Shown here: positions 26,257 through 32,000 of the stretch, piece by piece
Position numbering within the stretch: position 1 is the stretch's first letter
How the letters are laid out: each line of letters opens with the position of its first letter
DNA from: an uncultured Erysipelotrichaceae bacterium
GTDB taxonomy: Bacteria; Bacillota_I; Bacilli_A; Erysipelotrichales; Erysipelotrichaceae
Assembly: GCA_942492995.1 (NCBI GenBank)
Contig: OW818653.1
Location: 1,920,001 to 1,952,000, forward strand
Direction: 5' to 3'
DNA length: 32,000 nucleotides
Notes under the pieces: generated by a model
Seen by the model: the letters and a program-made list of their open reading frames with translations, nothing else
Database searches by the model: none
What the model was told of the DNA's origin: nothing
Position numbers and translations under genes: made by a program

Positions 26257-27426
26257 ATGAAATTAAATATTGGCGTATTGTTTGGAGGAAACTCAGTTGA
26301 ACATGAAGTAAGTGTAATCTCAGCGTCACAAGCGATTGCGGCGATTGATAAAGAGCGTTACCATGTTATTCCGTTATATTTAACGAAGGATCACCGTTTA
26401 TTCAGTGGTGAAGCTTTATTTGATGTAAAGAACTATAAGAGTACATCGAATTTACTCAAACAATGTAAACAAGTTAGTATCGTTAAAATCCAACAACGTT
26501 TCTATATTCAACCGGTTAAATCCAGTCTATTCGCTAAAGCACAAGAAGTTGATGTCATCCTTCCTGTTGTCCATGGTACACATTGTGAAGATGGTAGTAT
26601 CCAAGGTTATCTTGAAACAATTGGCATTCCATATTCTGGATCCGATGTCATCTCTGCCGCATTAGGTCAAGATAAAGTGTTTATGAAAATGGCGTTTGAA
26701 CATCATAATATTCCGATGGTGCCATGGTTCTACTTCAATCAAAATGAATATCGTTTAAATAAAGATAAAGTTATTTCGGACATCCTGTCTAAAGTAGGAT
26801 TACCGTGCGTTGTCAAACCAGCTCGTTTAGGATCAAGCGTTGGTATTACATTAGTTAAAACACTAGAAACATTAAATGAGTCGATTATAGACGCATTAAA
26901 TTATGATACAAAGATAGTGATTGAAAAAGCAGTAATCGATTTAAGAGAAGTAAACTGTTCTGTACTAGGTGATGAAGTTAGTGTCGAAGCTTCTGTTCTT
27001 GAAGAAGTTATGAAATACGATGCGATCTTATCCTACAAAGATAAATACCAATCCAATTCTAAATCAAAAGGTATGGCATCTACTTCACGCATCTGTCCTG
27101 CAGAACTCGATGATGCACTAACGAAAAAAGTTCAAGATCTCGCAAAAGAAGTGTTTGTAGTATTAGGTTGTTCAGGGGTTACACGTATCGATTTCTTAAT
27201 GGATTCCAACACAATGGAACTCTATGTGAATGAAATTAATACAATTCCTGGTTCATTATCGTTCTATCTCTGGGATAAATCAGGATATAACTTTACCGAC
27301 TTAATGGATCGATTAATTGATCAATCCATTCAACGTCAGAGAAGAAGAGAAAAGATGGTGTTCTCATTTGAATCAAACTTATTGGACTTATATTCTAATA
27401 AAGGGTCTAAAGGTAGTAAAGCTTAG
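26257..27426 (+). CDS. ddl: D-alanine--D-alanine ligase
   Basis: IGVLFGGNSVEHEVSVISA N-terminus. ATP-grasp blocks VVKPARLGSSVGI and RIDFLMD...LYVNEINTIPG. AGGAGG RBS. Confidence 0.92.
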   Translation: MKLNIGVLFGGNSVEHEVSVISASQAIAAIDKERYHVIPLYLTKDHRLFSGEALFDVKNYKSTSNLLKQCKQVSIVKIQQRFYIQPVKSSLFAKAQEVDVILPVVHGTHCEDGSIQGYLETIGIPYSGSDVISAALGQDKVFMKMAFEHHNIPMVPWFYFNQNEYRLNKDKVISDILSKVGLPCVVKPARLGSSVGITLVKTLETLNESIIDALNYDTKIVIEKAVIDLREVNCSVLGDEVSVEASVLEEVMKYDAILSYKDKYQSNSKSKGMASTSRICPAELDDALTKKVQDLAKEVFVVLGCSGVTRIDFLMDSNTMELYVNEINTIPGSLSFYLWDKSGYNFTDLMDRLIDQSIQRQRRREKMVFSFESNLLDLYSNKGSKGSKA

Positions 27427-27445
27427 CGTGGAAACACGCTTTTTT
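27425..27445 (+). terminator. Rho-independent terminator ending the cdaA-to-ddl gene block
   Basis: AGCGTG (27425-27430), GAAA loop, CACGCT (27435-27440), then TTTTT. Confidence 0.8.
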
Positions 27446-27446
27446 A

Positions 27447-27475
27447 TTGTTTAGTCATACTAATGAAGGTAAAAT
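27447..27475 (+). promoter_or_regulatory. Candidate sigma-A promoter for the mgtE pair
   Basis: -35 TTGTTT (27447-27452), 17-nt spacer, -10 TAAAAT (27470-27475). The ATG is at 27499, so the leader is only about 20 nt. Confidence 0.5.
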
Positions 27476-27498
27476 GATAGAGTAAAGGAAGTGATCTT

Positions 27499-28854
27499 AT
27501 GGAAATGAACGAAGTAAATGTAGAACTTTTAACCACTTGGATTAAACACAAAGAATATAAGAACATAAGGCACTTTTTCGAAGATACAAATACAGTTGAT
27601 GCGGCACTATTAGTCGATCAATTAGCTATTGAAGATTTACTACATCTATTCAAAATACTAAGAAAAGATGTTGGGGCAGATGTTTTATCTTACTTATCAA
27701 GCGATACAATAGAACACTTAACAACCAACTTAAATCCTGAACAAATTCAGAGTTTAATGGAAGAATTATACTCCGATGACTTGAATGAAATCTTAAGTGA
27801 ATTACCGGATGAGCTCGTTACAAAAGTATTACAAGCTGCGACGCCAGAATTGCGTAAACAGATAAATGAATTCTTAAGTTATGAAGATAGTTCCTGTGGT
27901 TCGATTATGTCAGTCGACTTTGTGACATTGAAGAATAATAGTACGGTTGCTCAAGCGATGCGTGCAATTCGTAGACAAGGTAAATTAGCTGAAACGATTA
28001 ACTGGTGTTATGTCATAGATGATCAAAAGAAATTAATTGGAAGTATTTCCTTAAAAGATATACTGTTTGCGAAAGATGAAGTAATTATCGAAGAGATTAT
28101 GGAACATGATATTCATTATGTGTTTACACATGATGATCAAGAAGAAGCAGCACGACTTATTTCAAAGTATGATATTACATCCATCCCTGTTATCGATAGT
28201 AGTAAAACTGTATTAGGTATTATTACGGTCGATGATATCTTTGACGTTGTGGAAGAAGAAGCGACCGAGGATATTCATAAGATGGGGGCGATGACACCGC
28301 TTGAGGGTTCATACGTAGAATCAAGTACGAAGTCAATTATCATGAGTCGATTACCTTGGTTATTAGTGCTTATGGTTTCCGCTACATTTACAGGTTCTAT
28401 TATTTCTAGCAATCAAGAAATGTTGGTTCTATTGCCTTCACTTGCGATTTTTATTCCGATGTTAATGGATACGGCAGGGAATGCGGGTTCACAAGCAGCC
28501 GCGATGGTTATTCGAGGCTTGGTTGTGGATGATATGGGATTAAAGGATTTTATGATGATTTTAATTAAAGAGACGCAAGTGTCGATTTTGTTAGGTATCG
28601 CATTATTCGTAATTAACACATTACGTATTGGTTTATTTATGCCGGATGTTGGTTGGGGCATTGCGATTATGGTTTCTTTAACGATATTTATAACGATCTT
28701 ATTAGCGAATTTAGTGGGTGGTGCATTACCTCTTTTTGCTCTAGTTCTTAAACAAGATCCAGCTTCAATGGCTGCGCCTTTAATTACGACATTGGTTGAT
28801 GCGTTATCGCTTACGACGTATTTCTTAATTGCGTCGTATTTCTTGAGATTGTGA
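27499..28854 (+). CDS. mgtE: Magnesium transporter MgtE, paralogue 1
   Basis: MgtE N-domain, two CBS motifs, and a five-helix TM domain with IPMLMDTAGNAGSQ and PLITTLVDAL. Confidence 0.93.
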   Translation: MEMNEVNVELLTTWIKHKEYKNIRHFFEDTNTVDAALLVDQLAIEDLLHLFKILRKDVGADVLSYLSSDTIEHLTTNLNPEQIQSLMEELYSDDLNEILSELPDELVTKVLQAATPELRKQINEFLSYEDSSCGSIMSVDFVTLKNNSTVAQAMRAIRRQGKLAETINWCYVIDDQKKLIGSISLKDILFAKDEVIIEEIMEHDIHYVFTHDDQEEAARLISKYDITSIPVIDSSKTVLGIITVDDIFDVVEEEATEDIHKMGAMTPLEGSYVESSTKSIIMSRLPWLLVLMVSATFTGSIISSNQEMLVLLPSLAIFIPMLMDTAGNAGSQAAAMVIRGLVVDDMGLKDFMMILIKETQVSILLGIALFVINTLRIGLFMPDVGWGIAIMVSLTIFITILLANLVGGALPLFALVLKQDPASMAAPLITTLVDALSLTTYFLIASYFLRL

Positions 28855-28861
28855 GGCTGAT

Positions 28862-30214
28862 ATGAGAAAGAAATTACATAAAAAAGTATTTAAAGCCTTA
28901 ATCGAAGGTCGGAAATTTCAAGAGATTAGAGATGCGTTTAATTATTACAATATGGTAGATTTAGCACTTATGGTTGAAGAATGTAGTGTTGATCAAATCC
29001 TTATGTTGTTTAAGATATTAAAACGTGAGATTAGTGCAGAGATGTTTACGTATTTATCCAACAATAAACAAGAAGAATTGATACAAGCATTTACGAGTTT
29101 AGAAATTAAAGGAATGTTAGAGAATTTATATTCAGATGATATAATCGATTTTTTAGAAGAATTGCCAAGTAATCTCGTTAAGAAGATCTTACAATCTGCG
29201 AGTGATGATCAGAGATCAGAAATAAATCTATTGTTAAGTTACCCTGAAGATTCTGCAGGGTACATGATGACAACTGATTTTGTGGAACTCAAAGTCAATG
29301 ATACGGTTAAACGTGCTATAACACGAATTAAGACGCAAGGTAAGGTCGCAGAAACGATTTCCAACTGTTACATCGTAAATGAGAATCGCACGTTAGTTGG
29401 CTCTATTCGACTACGTGAGATATTGTTTGCGGATGAAGATGAAATGATATCGGAAATTATGGATCGTGATGTCATTACAGTTATGACGAGTGATGATCGA
29501 GAAGTTGTTGCGAATGTATTTAAAAAGTATGACTATTCTGTAATACCAGTAGTGAATGATGAAGAAAAACTCATTGGGATTATTACTGCGGATGATATCA
29601 TCGACGTTATCTATGAAGAAACAACCGAAGATATCCAGAAGATTGCGGCGATTACACCAATGGAAGGATCCTATACTGAAACGAATATTCTTGAGATGGC
29701 GAAGTCGAGAGTTTCTTGGTTAATTATCTTAATGGTATCCGCAACGTTTACGGGTTTAATCATACAAGGTTATGAACAAACACTTACCCTAATTCCCGCA
29801 TTAGCCGCATCAATGCCAATGATTATGAGTACAGCAGGTAATGCTGGATCTCAATCATCCATCATGGTTATTCGTGGAATATCGGTTGATAATATGAACA
29901 TTAAAGATTTCTGGTTAGTTATATGGAAAGAATTAAAGATTGGCTTAGTGATAGGATTAATCTTGTTTATCGTGAATGTAATTCGCTTAATGATCTTTAC
30001 ACCGACAGTAAGTATTGAAGCAGATCTTGTAATATCACTAACTGTATTCATCACAATACTAATGGCGAATATAACGGGTGGATTACTTCCTTTATTCGCA
30101 TTAATCTTTAAACAAGATCCTGCCGCAATGGCAAGTCCACTCATCACAACGATTGTCGATGCACTCGCATTAATTGTCTATTTTAAGCTAGCGATGCAGT
30201 TCTTATCGATTTAG
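28862..30214 (+). CDS. mgtE: Magnesium transporter MgtE, paralogue 2
   Basis: Same architecture as paralogue 1. TM motifs are MPMIMSTAGNAGSQ and PLITTIVDAL. Starts 7 nt after paralogue 1, with GAGG overlapping the upstream stop. Confidence 0.93.
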   Translation: MRKKLHKKVFKALIEGRKFQEIRDAFNYYNMVDLALMVEECSVDQILMLFKILKREISAEMFTYLSNNKQEELIQAFTSLEIKGMLENLYSDDIIDFLEELPSNLVKKILQSASDDQRSEINLLLSYPEDSAGYMMTTDFVELKVNDTVKRAITRIKTQGKVAETISNCYIVNENRTLVGSIRLREILFADEDEMISEIMDRDVITVMTSDDREVVANVFKKYDYSVIPVVNDEEKLIGIITADDIIDVIYEETTEDIQKIAAITPMEGSYTETNILEMAKSRVSWLIILMVSATFTGLIIQGYEQTLTLIPALAASMPMIMSTAGNAGSQSSIMVIRGISVDNMNIKDFWLVIWKELKIGLVIGLILFIVNVIRLMIFTPTVSIEADLVISLTVFITILMANITGGLLPLFALIFKQDPAAMASPLITTIVDALALIVYFKLAMQFLSI

Positions 30215-30217
30215 CTA

Positions 30218-30226
30218 TGATATAAT
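30218..30226 (+). promoter_or_regulatory. Extended -10 element upstream of deoD
   Basis: TGATATAAT (TGn plus TATAAT at 30221-30226). AAAGGAG RBS before the ATG at 30256. No terminator between mgtE-2 and deoD, so read-through is also possible. Confidence 0.4.
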
Positions 30227-30255
30227 AGATAAACAGAAAATAAAGGAGATATACT

Positions 30256-30969
30256 ATGTCTACACCACATAATGCAGCACAAAAAAATGATGTTGCGAAA
30301 TTAGTATTAATGCCAGGCGATCCATTACGTGCCAAGATGATTGCGGAAACGTATTTAGAAAACGTTACCCAATTCAATTCAGTTCGTAATATGTTTGGTT
30401 ATACTGGAACCTATAAAGGCCATCCTGTATCCGTAATGGGTTCAGGTATGGGCATGCCAAGTATCGGTATCTACTCATACGAATTATATGATCAATATGG
30501 AGTTGAAACGATTGTTCGTATCGGCTCATGTGGATCATATCGTGAAGATTGTAAGATTTATGATGTAATTCTAGCAGACAGTGCATACAGTGAATCAACC
30601 TATGCAGAAACTGCGTTTGGTTACACTGAAAATGTTCAACTACCGGATGCGGATGTTAATGCATCACTCATCAATATTGCGAAGGAATTAGATATTCCAA
30701 TGCACGTTGGTCGTATTCATTCAGGAGATGTATTCTATCATGGTGCAGGATCTGTTCCTTACCAAGAAAAAGTTGCGAAGTATGATTTACTAGCGGCTGA
30801 AATGGAATCATTTGCGTTATTTGCGAATGCTCGTTATTTAGGTAAGAAAGCGGCTTGTTTATTAACCGTTTCTGATTCTATCGTTACGCATGAAGCAACT
30901 ACTGCAGAAGAACGCCAAAATGCATTCACTAAAATGATGGAGATCGCATTAGGCTTAGCGGTAAAGTAA
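30256..30969 (+). CDS. deoD: Purine nucleoside phosphorylase, DeoD type
   Basis: [37 protein letters not shown] closely parallels E. coli DeoD ([36 protein letters not shown]). Also [11 protein letters not shown] and AAEMES. Confidence 0.95.
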   Translation: [237 protein letters not shown]

Positions 30970-30970
30970 A

Positions 30971-31162
30971 ATGAAAACAATTCTCTTTATTCGCGATATG
31001 AACACTGAGGAAGCAGCTCAAAAGGTTGCGGATGCTTTGTCGGAAACACGTGTTGATTTCGAAGTAAAATTAAAAGATCGTTGTGTGGCAATAGAGGGAA
31101 GAAACGATGTTGTGTATACTGCGAAAGTCGCAATCCGTGAAGCAGGTTTCAATGTAGATTAA
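30971..31162 (+). CDS. Small HMA/ferredoxin-like-fold protein lacking the metal-binding CxxC
   Basis: 63 aa. The beta-alpha-beta-beta-alpha-beta pattern aligns with CopZ-type proteins, but GMxCxxC is replaced by DMNTEEA. Starts 1 nt after the deoD stop. Confidence 0.45.
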   Translation: MKTILFIRDMNTEEAAQKVADALSETRVDFEVKLKDRCVAIEGRNDVVYTAKVAIREAGFNVD

Positions 31163-31188
31163 ATCAGTCAAAAATGACTGATTTTTTT
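31162..31188 (+). terminator. Rho-independent terminator after deoD and the small ORF
   Basis: AATCAGTCA (31162-31170), AAAA loop, TGACTGATT (31175-31183), then TTTTT. Confidence 0.85.
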
Positions 31189-31199
31189 ATTAAAAATAC

Positions 31200-31229
31200 T
31201 TGCCAACTCGTTTACCTTTATGATAGTAT
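31200..31229 (+). promoter_or_regulatory. Candidate promoter of the tRNA cluster
   Basis: -35 TTGCCA (31200-31205), 18-nt spacer, TG-extended -10 TGATAGTAT (31221-31229). tRNA-Ser starts at 31254. Confidence 0.5.
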
Positions 31230-31253
31230 TATAGGGCACTGACGTATTGCCTT

Positions 31254-31346
31254 GGGGAAGTACTCAAGTGGCTGAAGAGGTGCCCCTGCTAAGGGTATAG
31301 GTCGGGTCAAACTGGCGCGAGGGTTCAAATCCCTCCTTCCCCGCCA
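31254..31346 (+). tRNA. tRNA-Ser (anticodon GCU), class II with long variable arm, CCA encoded
   Basis: Acceptor GGGGAAG/CTTCCCC. Anticodon stem-loop TGCCC-CTGCTAA-GGGTA. T-arm GAGGG-TTCAAAT-CCCTC. 93 nt. Confidence 0.95.
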
Positions 31347-31363
31347 AAAAAACAAAAGTGAAT

Positions 31364-31439
31364 GGTCCAGTGGTGTAGTGGTTAACATGCCTCCCTGTCA
31401 CGGAGGAGATCGCGGGTTCGAGTCCCGTCTGGACCGCCA
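31364..31439 (+). tRNA. tRNA-Asp (anticodon GUC), CCA encoded
   Basis: Acceptor GGTCCAG/CTGGACC. Anticodon stem-loop CCTCC-CTGTCAC-GGAGG. T-loop TTCGAGT. 76 nt. Confidence 0.95.
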
Positions 31440-31440
31440 T

Positions 31441-31514
31441 GCAGGTGTAGTTCAATGGTAGAACGCGACCTTGCCAAGGTCGACACGAGGGTTCGATTCC
31501 CTTCACCTGCTCCA
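31441..31514 (+). tRNA. tRNA-Gly (anticodon GCC), CCA encoded
   Basis: Acceptor GCAGGTG/CACCTGC. Anticodon stem-loop CGACC-TTGCCAA-GGTCG. T-loop TTCGATT. 74 nt. Only 1 nt separates it from tRNA-Asp. Confidence 0.95.
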
Positions 31515-31527
31515 AAAGAGCTCGATG

Positions 31528-31553
31528 AGATGTACTAAGTACATCTTTTTTTT
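31528..31553 (+). terminator. Rho-independent terminator of the tRNA cluster
   Basis: AGATGTAC (31528-31535), TAA loop, GTACATCT (31539-31546), running into a T-run. Confidence 0.8.
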
Positions 31554-31621
31554 ATTTATAAGTAGATTAAAAAAAAGAGTATTTAGAATCGTTTGATTCT
31601 TTAACTACTCATTTCAGAACG

Positions 31622-32000
31622 TTAATTCTTATCGATGATAATCGCATATCGATTACCATTGATTAAATAGATATACTCACTGTATTTACTTGTATGAGAT
31701 ATTTTCTTTAATATTCTATAACATTCACATCTAGTTATTTCACTGAAGTATTTATTATGCTCATAGATAGAGTAATCTCTAACAATAACTTCATTTAGAT
31801 AACCATCTGAATTCTGATATAAATCACTAGTTTCAAATAGATATAATTGTGTATCATAATCGTTATTACTGTATTCAATCACATAGAAATATGTGTTTTC
31901 TCCAAAAAAAACATTACCATCACCTTCGGAATCAACTATTGTAAAATTACCATCTAATAAAGGAATATCTTTTAATAACTGTTGTCGTGTACTGTCTTCA
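31622..32000 (-). CDS. Hypothetical protein, 5' end beyond the right window edge
   Basis: The listed GTG start at 31882 is probably internal. The same - strand frame stays open to nt 32000 (...EDSTRQQLLKDIPLLDGNFTIVDSEGDGNVFFGENTYFYVIEYSNNDY...). AT-rich, with no motif I can assign firmly. Confidence 0.5.
   Translation of the reverse strand, partial: EDSTRQQLLKDIPLLDGNFTIVDSEGDGNVFFGENTYFYVIEYSNNDYDTQLYLFETSDLYQNSDGYLNEVIVRDYSIYEHNKYFSEITRCECYRILKKISHTSKYSEYIYLINGNRYAIIIDKN

Noticed and set aside
27427-27498. M-box (Mg2+) riboswitch expected upstream of mgtE
   Set aside because: The intergenic space is only 72 nt. It is already occupied by the ddl terminator and a candidate promoter, whereas an M-box aptamer needs roughly 150 nt or more.
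211-30598. Remaining short ORFs in the track that overlap larger genes. Examples: 211-420, 489-695, 1289-1492, 1776-2051, 3628-3864, 4240-4512, 7845-8159, 8262-8537, 9596-9907, 11420-11607, 12699-12941, 13451-13651, 16826-17132, 17316-17504, 19217-19501, 19787-20188, 20533-20745, 20935-21147, 21700-22086, 28413-28661, 29851-30147, 30183-30377, 30374-30598
   Set aside because: All are nested in, or antisense to, genes with strong motif support. They lack convincing ribosome-binding sites and have low-complexity or odd composition, so I treat them as chance ORFs in AT-rich DNA.
31264-31515. 83-aa ORF on the - strand
   Set aside because: It lies entirely antisense to three well-folded tRNA genes, so it is a translation artefact of structured RNA sequence.
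31585-31600. Hairpin AGAATC-GTTT-GATTCT as a terminator for the convergent - strand ORF
   Set aside because: The stem is only 6 bp and the T-run on the - strand begins about 9 nt away. It is plausible but too weak to list as a feature.
1-32000. Scan for CRISPR repeats, IS elements/transposases, integrases, phage genes, toxin-antitoxin pairs and restriction or defence systems
   Set aside because: I found no regularly spaced direct repeats, no terminal inverted repeats and no ORF with recognisable motifs of these classes. The window is mostly core metabolism, envelope and ion-homeostasis genes.

Overview
This is a 32-kb chromosomal segment from a low-GC Gram-positive (Bacillota-type) genome. 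The evidence for that is AGGAGG-type ribosome-binding sites, the cdaA-cdaR-glmM synteny and tRNAs with encoded CCA ends. I cannot place it more precisely from sequence alone. Nearly all genes are on the + strand.

Layout:
- 1-12.6 kb: a sugar (probably L-rhamnose) utilisation locus. It starts with a motif-degenerate ABC ATPase homologue that runs off the left edge. Next comes a CUT2-type ABC importer (lipoprotein binding protein, tandem-NBD ATPase, one permease) ending in a terminator. A second unit follows: GH78-like rhamnosidase, a FadH/2-enoate-reductase-type flavoenzyme, and rhaB-rhaA-rhaD.
- 12.7-15.8 kb: a double zinc-ribbon membrane protein, then a self-contained two-gene unit (nucleotidyltransferase and iron alcohol dehydrogenase).
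- 15.8-17.1 kb (- strand): a TraB/TIKI-family protein followed by two small hydrophobic ORFs that are absent from the supplied ORF track.
- 17.2-27.4 kb: nine tightly packed co-directional genes. These are cdaA (with a long acidic tail), cdaR, glmM, an OmpR-type response regulator, a histidine kinase, an alpha/beta hydrolase, a membrane-anchored MurF-like ligase, a NUDIX hydrolase and ddl.
- 27.5-31.2 kb: two tandem mgtE paralogues, deoD and a cysteine-less HMA-like small protein.
- 31.25-31.5 kb: tRNA-Ser(GCU), tRNA-Asp(GUC) and tRNA-Gly(GCC).
- Right edge: a convergent AT-rich ORF that runs off the window.

I saw no CRISPR array, IS element, integrase, phage module or recognisable defence or toxin system.

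The most promising non-canonical items are:
1. The GH78-like gene translationally coupled to an ene-reductase inside the rha operon.
2. The TraB-like gene with two coupled micro-ORFs.
3. The Mur ligase with a polytopic membrane N-terminus coupled to a hydrolase.
4. The extended CdaA and the extended cdaA operon.

All functional interpretations rest on by-eye motif recognition and need database confirmation.
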